A stretch of 63,989 bases of DNA, counting the filler, from Pelomyxa schiedti (taxonomy: Eukaryota > Protista > Evosea), in assembly GCA_020536535.1 (NCBI GenBank). It is 7 parts of 7 records of this genome, joined end to end, with 100 filler letters (N's around TTAATTAATTAA, not from the genome) between each part and the next. Parts side by side here need not be neighbours in the genome. Positions count along the whole stretch, not along the records: positions 1 to 12,647 come from JAHLWZ010001209.1; 6 more parts are not named here. The stretch is one strand, 5' to 3'. The notes under the pieces were generated by a model. That model did no database searches. It was not told the DNA's origin and was given only the letters and a program-made list of their open reading frames with translations. This document shows, in pieces, positions 1 through 10,492 of the stretch; position 1 is the stretch's first letter, and the number at the start of each line of letters is the position of its first letter. A program made the position numbers and the translations under genes.

Positions 1-72
1 AACGCGTCTGGTGGTGCGCGGCCCGCGTTCATTTCGCAGACCCATAATGTAACCACGGCCAAGTCGCAGGCG

Positions 73-1206
73 ATGGCGGTCTGCTGCGCGGCGATCGATC
101 GGTGGTCGGGCTCCTACTGCTGCCCGTCGATGGTCGCCTGGGCGCGCTCGACGTCGCTGCTCGGAGACTGGGCCCGCTACTGGGTCCTCAGGCCCGAATC
201 TGATGCCGTTTTCGAGATGCCAACCGAGCACGACGGCGGCCTGAAGAACCACTTGTACCTGAGTGTGTCTCCGACTCTGGGAGTTGTGGGACACCGGTGT
301 TTCACCTGTTCCCCGAACCAAGTTGTTTTGGGGTGCTTGGGACTGGACAGGCTCTTATTCGGGGCTGTGGACCGTGGGGATGTCGTCACCGTGCAACTGC
401 AGGCGCCCTGTGGTAATATTCCGCCTGGGAGGATGATTTGGAGAATGTACGACCACAATGGTGACACTGTTGCCTGCAACAGGAGTTGGATTGTGGTGTT
501 GAGTGCCTCGAATCCAGTTTTTGTCCCCGAACTGTATGTGTGGAAAGTGGTGCGCGGTGCTCCAATCGAGCCAATGATTCAGTTCTCTAAGGTGCATAGA
601 GCACATAGAATTCAGTTCTCACCCTTGTGCGATGATGTTATTGTGATTGTGGACTCTGGTTCAGTAACGTTTGTTGACTTGGTTGAAAGCTTCAAAGCAA
701 GGGTGCTGGTGGTCACATTGAATTTTGTGGCCGCTGACCCCTCTCCACTACTTGGGGTGTTGTGGATGCCAAATGGTTCCCTCTGCACACTGCATTGCAT
801 CACCAATTCCAAATCCTGTTTCCTATTGGAACGCACAACCGGGAAGCGGCATCAGTTTCAGAAGTTCCCCGATGTCGTAAGGCCCATTGGCATAAGCCAC
901 GCCTTTGTGATGCCAATGGATACACCGCAGTACCAGGTTTACAACACTGGAAACCTCGCATCACCATCACTATGCATTCCATGCACGTGGGCACGTCACC
1001 ATAAACCATCAGGCCTCATTGCATCAACAACACTCAAAAGAAGGTTGCTTTCCAGTGCCACTGAGATACCCCTCAGAGTGCATGATTCCGTAACAGGGTT
1101 TTGCTTTGGAGACTTCACTGTGCACGTGGATCTTGAGAGAATTGTGAGGGAGGTGGAAAAATGGGCACTCATACTTGAAAAAAGAAAGGGCCCATCCTTG
1201 AAATAG
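73..1206 (+). CDS. Uncharacterised intronless protein, 'SPTLG/CNxKW' family (377 aa)
   Basis: Uninterrupted ORF; motifs LSVSPTLGVV, CNRSWIVV, VDLVESFKARVLVV and VHDSVTG are shared with five other ORFs in the window. Confidence 0.75.
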   Translation: MAVCCAAIDRWSGSYCCPSMVAWARSTSLLGDWARYWVLRPESDAVFEMPTEHDGGLKNHLYLSVSPTLGVVGHRCFTCSPNQVVLGCLGLDRLLFGAVDRGDVVTVQLQAPCGNIPPGRMIWRMYDHNGDTVACNRSWIVVLSASNPVFVPELYVWKVVRGAPIEPMIQFSKVHRAHRIQFSPLCDDVIVIVDSGSVTFVDLVESFKARVLVVTLNFVAADPSPLLGVLWMPNGSLCTLHCITNSKSCFLLERTTGKRHQFQKFPDVVRPIGISHAFVMPMDTPQYQVYNTGNLASPSLCIPCTWARHHKPSGLIASTTLKRRLLSSATEIPLRVHDSVTGFCFGDFTVHVDLERIVREVEKWALILEKRKGPSLK

Positions 1207-1254
1207 TCTTTTAACAATGCAATACTTTTTGACCGACTCAAATTTGATCATCCT

Positions 1255-2580
1255 TCATTCAACATCAGTCCCTGAGTTCTGAGAGTCAAAGGCCACAGTG
1301 ACGTAACCAACATGGAACCCTGTGGCACCATCATGCACTGCAAACGTGATTTCAGTGTCACTACCATCAAAGACTAGCTCGTCTGTTGTTGAGACAATGA
1401 GGCACGACTGGCTGTGGAGTGGTGGCCAGGCCCATGTGCATTCAACTTCAAGTGAGGGTGCCACATCTCCAGTTTTGTAGACAGTAAACTGGGAGGTGAG
1501 TCTCACAAAGATGTGACTGGTTCCAATTTGCACTGCTGGTGTGCCTAGCTGTGGAAAGCGAACACTGGGCTTGCCAGTCTCATTATCCACAAGGAAGAAA
1601 CTTCCCCCAGAGTCGTCATAGTGGAGTACGCATACAGAGCCGTCAGGTCTCCATGTGAGAGCACCAGTGGAATCACTATCACCGCACCACTCCTTTAAAA
1701 CCACCTTTGATGTCACAACCAGTTTGCTTTCTTTAGAGCTGGCTTGCAAGTCACAAAACTGTACAAAGCCTCCTCGAGGCCAACAAGAAGGAAAGGCCAT
1801 GAGAACATCATCACTGAATGGTGAAAAACGAGTCATCAAGGAGACTTCAATCCCTTCAAAATGAAGCTCCGGTTTCACTACATCCCCTCCAACTACTTTC
1901 CACACATGTACATTGGGACCGCTCCCAGCGAACCCAACGATCCACTTCCTGTTGCAAAGGAGGTGCTCGCACTTGGTATCAAGGACCCCAACTCTTCTTG
2001 TTGGTGCCACACCATCAACACCCACTTCCGCAATGATGTGTTCTGCAAGGGAACTCCCAATGACTCTCGATTTAATCAGCACCCTGCTGTGCCCAAGAGA
2101 ACCGCACACAGAATTCAGGCTATTTCGGAACGAAGAGTGGCCGACAAGCCCCAGGGTCGGTGACACACTCACGAACAAGAAGTGATCCCTGATCGGCAGC
2201 GTGAACACAGCCTCGTCGCAGGGGGTGAGGACCCAGTCCACAGCCCACGCCCTGAACACCTCCGTCGATTGTATCCACTCAATCATCGATGGTGACACAC
2301 AACAACAACAACAACAACAGCCGCCAACAGAGATGTTTGACCCATCACCATCACAACCACTGCCAACAACAGCCTGTGCAATCGTCGTAATTGTTGGTGT
2401 TGGTCTTCCTCTCCTCCTTCTTCTTGTTTCGGTGGTTGGGGCACAAATGATGGCCATCACCTGCGACTTGGCTGTTGTTGTTGTTGTTTTGTGTTTTGGT
2501 GGTGTTGGTGTTGTTGCTGGCGGCACTTGAGAGGTTTGTTGTGTCGGTAGTTGGCGGGGTGACGATTCGCTGAGCCCCAT
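1255..2580 (-). CDS. Uncharacterised 'SPTLG/CNxKW' family protein (up to 441 aa), convergent paralog of 73..1206
   Basis: ORF with VSVSPTLGLVG, CNRKWIVG, CDLQASSKESKLVV and VHDGATG; low-complexity N-terminus, so the start codon is uncertain. Confidence 0.75.
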   Translation of the reverse strand: MGLSESSPRQLPTQQTSQVPPATTPTPPKHKTTTTTAKSQVMAIICAPTTETRRRRRGRPTPTITTIAQAVVGSGCDGDGSNISVGGCCCCCCCVSPSMIEWIQSTEVFRAWAVDWVLTPCDEAVFTLPIRDHFLFVSVSPTLGLVGHSSFRNSLNSVCGSLGHSRVLIKSRVIGSSLAEHIIAEVGVDGVAPTRRVGVLDTKCEHLLCNRKWIVGFAGSGPNVHVWKVVGGDVVKPELHFEGIEVSLMTRFSPFSDDVLMAFPSCWPRGGFVQFCDLQASSKESKLVVTSKVVLKEWCGDSDSTGALTWRPDGSVCVLHYDDSGGSFFLVDNETGKPSVRFPQLGTPAVQIGTSHIFVRLTSQFTVYKTGDVAPSLEVECTWAWPPLHSQSCLIVSTTDELVFDGSDTEITFAVHDGATGFHVGYVTVAFDSQNSGTDVE

Positions 2581-2871
2581 CGTTCTTGCTTTTTTTTTTT
2601 TTTGGATGGTGAACGGGAATCTGAGTATCGTTGCCTCAAACTAAAGCGTTAGTTGTGAAAGTGATGACTTCCCGAAAAAGGGAATCGCGGTGTCGGCACA
2701 GAGCGACCCTCAGAAGTCGGACAACTTCCAGGAATTCCATGACACCTGACGCTGTGCATTGCGTCCACAGAATACTCGGAATTCATGGGACTCTGGGCTT
2801 ATATCAAATGTATTCAAAATATATATGCTTCATTATATGGACTGGATATCTGTGGTTATGCTGTGGGGGTG

Positions 2872-4336
2872 TCATGGCTGCAGGTCATTCAGCTCCAACG
2901 ATTTGTGAAGCGATTTGTTCTTCCTGGCTCTGCACCACATGTGTGTGATGTACGCTCCAAACGCACACCCTCCAAACACAAAAACAAACCCAAACGAAAG
3001 CAGCACCCACCACCCTCCTGAAATTTTCTCCTTGCTGCTTCCACTGGTGCTCATGACAGAACTGCTCCACATGACTGACGAAGCAGCCGACGATGATGAT
3101 GGCTGTGACACATCGGCTGGTGATGACGATGTGGATGGGTACGTGGATGTTGAGGTGGACTGTGATTCTGACTGTGACGATGAGGTTGATTCGGAATCAG
3201 ACATTGGCTGAGAAGAGATGGATTGTGAGAGAGAAAAGGACTTGGAATTTGACTTCAAGAGAGATGATGAAGCAGAGAAAGACACCGAGTTTGACTGTGA
3301 TGACGAGTCTGATGGCAGTGGTGAAATGGATGCTGACTGTGATTTCCAGTGGGATGGTGAAAGGGATTCTGAAAGTGATGGAGATTCTGAAACTGATGTG
3401 GACTCTGATTCACCTTGAGGGACGGAACCAGGTGCCGAGAACGAACTTGATGACGACAGTGGCTCTGACTGTGAAACTGACTCAGAAGATGATTCTGAGA
3501 AGGGTGACGCTTGTGACGAATACAAAGACACGGAATGGGATGAGAGGGAAACAGAAGATGACTGAGAACCCGATGATGACCGAGAAACAGATGCTGACAA
3601 GGATATTGAATTCAATGACGACTGAGATGACAGTGACTGAGAACCTGATGATGACAAAGGTATGGAATCGGATGATGACAGTGACTGAGAACTCGATGAT
3701 GACTGTGAAAAAGATGAGGAGTCAGAAGAGGATGACAAAGATTGGGAATGAGATGATGACCGTGATGAGGAATATGATGACGAAGGCAATGGCACAACAG
3801 AGATATCAAGGCTATAAGGACCAAACGAAGTCGAAAGCTGTGAAGCAACCACGATGTAGTCTCCACTGCTGGCAAGATCAAGAACCACTTGTGTACTATC
3901 CTTTGAGGAAAGTGAGCGACATTGTTATAAACTCAAAAAGCTCACCTCCCCTTCGCATGTAGAACAGTTAGCATTTGACACCTCAATGTATGTACTATAT
4001 TCTGCCGAAATTCGGGCTGTCAACGTTCCAGCTGGTGCAGTGAAGGTGTAGCAGTCACCTGCAGAAAAACTTAGTCACACACGATTCATGGGTGAAGGAC
4101 GACAACCGTGATAATTATCCAACAGACGACATGGTGTAGGTTGTGGGGATGTAGCCGCGAGTGAGCCTCCATCAGAGTATGGAAGAGTGATAGATGCGCA
4201 AATCTCACATTGTTCCCCTGCAACAAAAAAAAAAACGTGAGTTTGTGAAACCAACAGTGAATATTGTGAAACCCGAGCATGACCAGCCACTCCAAGGCAA
4301 CACGAGCAGCAAAGTAATAAGTGCCACACGCAGCAT
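2872..4336 (-). CDS. Surface protein copy 1: signal peptide, PPC-like Cys domain, Ser-rich stalk, TM helix and short tail (4 exons)
   Basis: Manual splicing gives MLRVALITLLLVLPWSGWSCSG|EQCEICASITLPYSDGG...TPCRLLDNYHG|DCYTFTAPAGTLTA...CSTCEGE|DSTQVVLDLASSGDYIVV..., then ~250 Ser-rich residues and GGWWVLLSFGFVFVFGGCAFGAYI; GT-AG introns. Confidence 0.8.
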
Positions 4337-4552
4337 TTCGTTTTTTCCTTGCAGAAGTGACAAAAAGGGCGTGGGTTTGGTTGATGTCCTGGTTTATATG
4401 TCTTCGACATTCACCACATCATTTTATTTACTTCTTTTTGTAAGGATTTAGGGGAATGGGAAGTGCAATCAAGATCATCAACGAAACTCATCAGGGGGTT
4501 GATGGTGCGCTACCGGCACAACATCATTCGAAGTTTGATAATGATTGTTTCG

Positions 4553-5659
4553 TCATGACTGTTGAACTGACTCGGAATGTGATGAATGTGACTCTGAGAA
4601 GGGTGACGCTTGTGACGAATACAAAGACATGGAATGGTATGATGACTGAGAAAGAGCTGATGATTGAGAACTCGATGATGACGGAGAAACAGATGTTGAC
4701 AAGGATATTGAATGCAATGATGACTGAGAACTCAATGATGACTCAGAAGACGATGACAAAGAAATAGAGTGTGACGATGACTGAGAAGACAGTGACTGAG
4801 AACCTGATGATGAAGACGATTGGGACAAAGATAGGGAATGGGGTGATGACAAAGAAACTGAATGTGACGATGACTGAGAATACAGTGACTGAGAAAGAGA
4901 ACCCGATGATGACTGTGATAGAGATGATGATAAATATAGGGAAGTGGAGGATGACTCTGACTCAGAACTCGATGATGACTGTGAAATAGATGATGACTGT
5001 GAAAAAGATGCTGAGCCAGAAGAGGATGACAAAGATTGGGAATGAGATGATGACTGAGATGAGGAGTCCGAGGAAGACGACAGTGATTCTGATAATGGTA
5101 CCACAGAGATATCAAGTACATAACTGCCAAACAGTTCAACTTGCAGCTGGGAAACAATCACTGTGTAGACTCCACTGGAAACTGAAACTACTACTTGTTC
5201 AGTACTCTTGGAGGAAGGTGAGCTGCATTGTTATACACTCAAAACACTCACCTCCCCTTCGCAGGTAGAACAGTCGCCATTCCCCACCTCAAGGTAACCC
5301 ATATAACTCACTGATGAAATTTGGGCCGTCAACGTTCCAGATGGTGCAGTGAATTTGTAGAAGTCACCTACACCAAAAAAACGAAAAAAAACCTGAGCGT
5401 GATTCCTAGAGGAGCACCAACCGTAATAATTTTGCCCTGGATAACATGGTGTATCTTGTGGGTCTGTGTGAGACAGGTTGCCTGACCCATGGTATGGAAG
5501 AGTGACAGTGGAGAAAACTGAGCATCGTTCACCTGAAAAACAACAAAAAAAACAGAATGATGTGAGTCTGGTGAATTTTGTTGTTGCTCGCGAACCAGAG
5601 CACGACGAGCCACGCCAACACACCACTAGCACCAAAGTAATAAGGGCCACATGCACCAT
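4553..5659 (-). CDS. Surface protein copy 2: signal peptide, PPC-like domain and Ser stalk, no TM (4 exons)
   Basis: MVHVALITLVLVVCWRGSSCSG|ERCSVFSTVTLPYHGSG...TPCYPGQNYYG|DFYKFTAPSGTLTA...CSTCEGE|...; the stalk ends HSESVQQS* with no hydrophobic anchor. Confidence 0.75.
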
Positions 5660-6282
5660 TTCGAATTATTTAAATAAATTGGAATGGGTTGATGTGTCTG
5701 CAACATTCAGGTCTTCTCCAGTGCCAGAACAACAACAGGACGTACACCCGTGTTCACCCAAATGTTTTCGATTTGAGATCGGAAACAGGGCAAAAAAGAT
5801 TGCAGAGGGGCTCGACTCGTGTGCACTTGTTGGTTCCAAAAAAAAAAAACAAGAATCGGGTTGTTGGTGATGCCACGTGAGTGTGAGAGTTCGAGCAGCA
5901 AGGTTTACACAACGAGCGCATCGAGGAGATCCCCGTGTGGTGATGCGAATGGAGGGTGTCTCACTTGCCACTGTGTACCGTCACCGACATATGCCCCTTG
6001 ACCGTGAGTGAGGGCAGAACCGACCACCACCTAAGATGACTGAAGGGATGAGACAGTACTTGCGGGACTTCAAGTTGCACTGATATCAGCCGCGCAACTA
6101 AGGCACTTGGGTTTTCATACCACACACATACCAAAAAGCAAGTTGGGCAAAGAAACGAGGTACTGACTCTCCCACCCTTATTAATTTTTATTAAATTATT
6201 TAATTGCATTTAATTACATGCAGTTCAATAGGCACAAAGAATTTTATGGTATATGCAAAGTCCGGAAACAGTCTTCATCAGG

Positions 6283-6766
6283 TCAGCTTGAACGTTTTGG
6301 GGGATGCCTAGTTTGGTGCAGCTCTAAGGCATCATCCATGTCCTTCACTGAGATTGCCTTGATCAGATCACATCGATACTCTTCACGTGCGCTGCGGCGG
6401 AATACATTCAACTGAAACCTTTCCAGGCCAGGGTTGTGGGATGCTTCCGCCTGCACTCGCTTCCACCACCTCTCCGCCGGCTCGTCACTTCCTTGTGTCA
6501 ATGCCAGGAAGCAGTCGGTCTCTGACTCGTCACTCAACACACCAAATCGCTTCAAGAACCTTCGCTTGAACTCTTCCAAACTCGTGATATCCCTTGCCAG
6601 TACTGCAAAACCAACAGCTGAGCCTATCATGGCCAGTCTCGCCTTGCTCAAAGGTAATGGAATGATCACAGGCTGCCACTATCCCGAGACGTTTCTCAAG
6701 AAAACAAGGTGCACCATGTGTGGGTGGCGAGTTTTGGTGCCTCCGCTGGCCTGCATTATCAACCAT
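6283..6766 (-). mobile_element. Degenerate retrotransposon Gag-like fragment
   Basis: ITSLEEFKRRFLKRFG...LALTQGSDEPAERWWKRV resembles the Ty3/Gypsy retrotransposon Gag core (W.EFK..FL..F...L.Q..ES...Y..RF); upstream frames are broken; no pol or LTR seen. Confidence 0.45.
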
Positions 6767-6921
6767 CCACGATTTCGCCGTGGTTGATGGGCATTGTCAA
6801 TTATTTTTCGCTGCAGCCAGTTGATGATGCTCATCGATCCTGCGCTACCGTAACGAAGATGGTCGCAACAACATTATTCGAAGTTTGAATGCTTCGTCAT
6901 TTAGACTAGAGATCTGGTGTT

Positions 6922-6986
6922 ACATTGGAGGGCATTCAGCTCCATTGAATCAGGAAGTGAGTTGCTGTTCCTGGCTCGGCACCACA
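6922..6986 (-). pseudogene. Remnant 3' end of a sixth surface-protein copy
   Basis: Reads VWCRARNSNSLPDSMELNALQ versus MWCRARKNSNSLPDSMELNDLY in copy 5; DNA nearly matches ~11483-11540. Confidence 0.75.
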
Positions 6987-7021
6987 CTCTCACGCACAAA
7001 CACAAACACAACATTTTCTCG

Positions 7022-7135
7022 TTCTGTTACCCAAAAGACCTCTTCTGTCCGCTGTATGTGCGCATCCCCTTCCCCATAATTACAATTCCGCCTTTACGTT
7101 CTTCATTCCGCACTGCACAAACTCAATGTTATGTT
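7022..7135 (+). repeat. Degenerate local duplicate of ~7690-7785
   Basis: Shared ccgctgt(a)tgtg..catccccttcc and gttcttcattccgcac.gc.cacaaact segments. Confidence 0.55.
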
Positions 7136-7628
7136 TGAGGAGAAGGCATACAACCCGCGATTGTGGGACACTGCGGGTTTGAAACCCTTCCCTCTGTGTG
7201 TGACTGAACAATTCCTTCAGCTGGCAAAGATTATTACAGAATAAGACCCTGTTGCTATCCTGGAACAGACATTTTTTGTATTCTAGTTTCTATGGGTTTA
7301 TTTGTTGCGATGAACTCATCTGCTTTTCTCTTGTCAACCCTCACAGTTTTGTCAGATTTCCCACCACTGCCTGACTGATCCTGCTTGCCGGAAAAGTGTG
7401 AGAGAGTTTTTGTTGCTGTGTGCTGAATTGTGGAGTGTTGATTACCAAAGAGAATCAACGGCGGTGTAGTGAAATCTCCGACTTGGTGCTGGTCATCCTG
7501 TTTCGGACACTGGTGGCCGTGAACTCACTGCGCCAACTGGAACCCCCTCGGGTGTGTGCTGTGCTGCTTTCCGCCTTCTCATATTATTGATAACTTCACT
7601 CAACAAAACAAAGGAAAGATTCACGGAG

Positions 7629-8458
7629 ATGGGTGGTTGCAACTTTTCAGAAAAAGTTTTTAAAATTCTTCCGCACGAACTGTGGATGTTCATTTTCTCT
7701 TCCGGCTTTCCGCTGTGTGCATCCCCTTCCTTGAATTAATAATCAGTTCTTCATTCCGCACCGCGCACAAACTGTCAGTTCCATGAATAATTCACACTTT
7801 GCACAGGTGTGCCGAGATTTCAGAACTCTTTCATCGTCTGACATTCTTTGGGCGCGGTTCATCCCGGAGACCATAATCAGTTCCTCAACCAACAAGGGTG
7901 CCACTCTCAAGTCCTTGTTACGATCAACAGCTGCGTTCTACTTGTACAAAAGCAAGAATTGCATATTGAAACCATTAATGGACAAATACCAGTGAGCGGG
8001 TTTTAATTGTTACCAATAAAATTGACCGACTTGCAATAGCCAAGGAAATGCTTGAAGATAAGTGCTAAGCCTTAGCTTACTCCGCGTTGCAGCAAGGGCA
8101 CAGCACCGCTGATGATGGCAAAATTGCTCAAATGAAGCAGTCCGTTACAAGGAATATGTTGCAGCACTCATTCCCAGAGCGGAACCTCAAGTGTTTTATG
8201 GATGTGATGGCCAAAGCACCAGATGTACTGGGGCACAAGTGTGCTGCAAAATCAGCCCCAACTGCTGAAAGTGTTCCCATTGAACGTGGGAATTGTGCAG
8301 CACACCGGCCATATCACAATATGACGAGAGAGATCGGCAGGCATGGTGGAATCGTGATTGCATTACCAGAGGGATCGCTGTGGGATCAACGTTCTCAACC
8401 GGGACCCTTTGACGGTGGCACTGTCTCCGATATTTTAGTAAAGGAATTAATTACTTAA
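7629..8458 (+). CDS. F-box-like protein, multi-exon, possibly pseudogene
   Basis: FKILPHELWMFIFS ... VCRDFRTLSSSDILWARF matches the F-box consensus LP.E....IFS...VC+.FR.L..D.LW; exact splicing and 3' end unresolved. Confidence 0.5.
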
Positions 8459-8712
8459 TGAACAATAAGTGGATAAGGAATTGATACGTAGTTTTGCATT
8501 TGATCATTGTGCACAGATAGAGTGTTGTATGCATAATTCCCTCGTCATTTTCCGCACTAATCGTATTGCAAGACAAGATACATTCTGCCACTGTGGAAAT
8601 GTACGCTTCAGTGCCGCGAAATATCGGAACCCTTTGATGGTGGCACTGTCTCCGATATTTTAGTAAAGGAATTAATTACTTTATGAACAATAAGTTCGCT
8701 GGATAAGGAAAT
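8408..8712 (+). repeat. Direct duplication of ~65-80 bp at ~225 bp spacing
   Basis: tttga(c/t)ggtggcactgtctccgatattttagtaaaggaattaattact occurs at ~8408 and ~8634. Confidence 0.85.
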
Positions 8713-9242
8713 TACTTTACTGAGCTCAGTAAACATACCTATATTCACAACTTCAGCAGCGATAGCTCTGAGAGTAATATTGCATTGTTGTAGGACCGCC
8801 ATGAGGAGAAACACTCTAAGGCTATCCTACAATCTCAGTTATTCCTCTTGACAGAAGTCAGAACAGGAATAACAACTCTTCTGGACTTACCACAAAGTAA
8901 TAGACAAGCATACATAGTACTTTCTGAGGCGCTCATTAACATGAGTTAGCCCTTGTGACACATCTGGAGGAATCTGAGTGGAAATAACTGAACTCGCCCC
9001 TAGGGGTGCTCATAGCCACGATCAATGCGCTATTGCACGTTAATTGCCACCCCCAAAAAAAAATTACCATTCACCTGAACGACAACCCACGACTCACACC
9101 GAACTCATTTTCATATTTTTGTTCGTGTCGACACGACGAAATCGGTAATTAATGAAAAAGTTCAAGAAAAGAAGATGCGGTTCTGATAGGTCCTACCCCT
9201 TCAAAACGCTTTACAAAAGAGAATGTAGCTGTCATTGCCTCA

Positions 9243-10178
9243 TTATCCACACAACCCGGCCGCACACCTAATGGCACAAAAAGATGGCGGGAGAGAGGAA
9301 GACTCTGAGGATGAGAGGGAATCAGATAATGAGGATTCAGAGGAAGAGAGAGAATTGGATGATGACAGAGATGAAGATTCTGAGGAAGATTGGGAATTNN
9401 NNNNNNNNNNNNNNNNNNNNNNNNNNNNNNNNNNNNNNNNNNNNNNNNNNNNNNNNNNNNNNNNNNNNNNNNNNNNNNNNNNNNNNNNNNNNNNNNNNGA
9501 ATTGGATGATGACAGAGATGAAGATTCTGAGGAAGATTGGGAATTAGATGATGATGACTGAGACGAGGAGTCTGAGGAAGATAATTCTGATGACGAGGAC
9601 TGAGCTGCCCCCACAACATAGATATCAACAACATAATCGAAATCGGCATCAGAGTACCCTTCGGTAACAATCGCAATGTAACTTTCGCCTGCCACAACTT
9701 CACGTGTCATGAGGGTCCGATCCTTTAGGTGAAGTGAGAATCAAATTGCTGGAAAACCAAAAAGCTCACATCACCAATGCATTGACAGGTACCAGTCTCC
9801 AATTCCAGCCACGACTTGTAGGGTACAGGGTCCGCAAGTTTAAAGGTCAACGTTCCCGCAGTAGTTATTGTGAATTTGTAGTAGATCCCTATAGATGCGA
9901 AGACATTTCAGATTCGTTTCGATGGGAAATGAGTTCTACAAACCAGTCAGGCCATCACCCGTCCAACATGGAGTTGGCTTTGGATCCGAGGTTCCTAAGT
10001 GGCCTGAACCATGGTATGGAAGCGTGACAGTGGTGGCGGATGAGCAGTAGTCTACACCTACAAAGCAAAACAATGTGAACCTCGCAAAACTCACAACAAC
10101 TAACAAAACGCGCGAACCGAAGCAAGAACCACAGAAAGACAACAACAGAAGAGCAAGGGTTCGTCCGGGACGTGGCAT
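9243..10178 (-). CDS. Surface protein copy 3: signal peptide, PPC-like domain and short Ser stalk, no obvious TM
   Basis: ...SFCGSCFG|VDYCSSATTVTLPYHGSG...TPCWTGDGLTG|IYYKFTITTAGTLTF...TCQCIGD|DRTLMTREVVAGESYIAIV...; stalk spans the N-gap at 9399-9498, so its length is unreliable. Confidence 0.7.
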
Positions 10179-10492
10179 GCAGATGGTTTAAAAATGTTAA
10201 GTAAATTTTGTTAAGTAATTCTCGAAACAGCGTGAACTTTCTGAACGGTGTTTTGGGAAAATAACAAAAATAAGAAAACAACATTGAAGTTCGTGTCTGT
10301 CCGACTCGGATGTTTTGGAAATTGAGTGCACTCACAAGACAACAACTGTAACTCTCTCGAACATACCAGAACATCAGAGTCGACCGAATCCAGCAAGTCA
10401 GTCTCTCAGTCTGCGTTGCGAGTGCTCGGATTTCCAGATAGATTGTCAGGAAAGAGAACCCTTAGCATGGCACTACATACCCGGTCAGTGCA

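Noticed and set aside
3093-5268. Plus-strand Met/Thr/Asp-rich ORFs (also 9235-9561 and 11513-12320)
   Set aside because: Antisense shadows of the Ser-rich stalks; signal peptide, TM and splice sites are all on the minus strand.
7459-7535. tRNA-like start GGCGGTGTAG...cactgcgcca
   Set aside because: No proper T-loop, D-arm or anticodon stem; the acceptor pairing needs a bulge.
9350-9545. Tandem duplication in the copy 3 stalk
   Set aside because: The identical ~47 bp flanks the N-gap; probably an assembly overlap, so the stalk length cannot be trusted.
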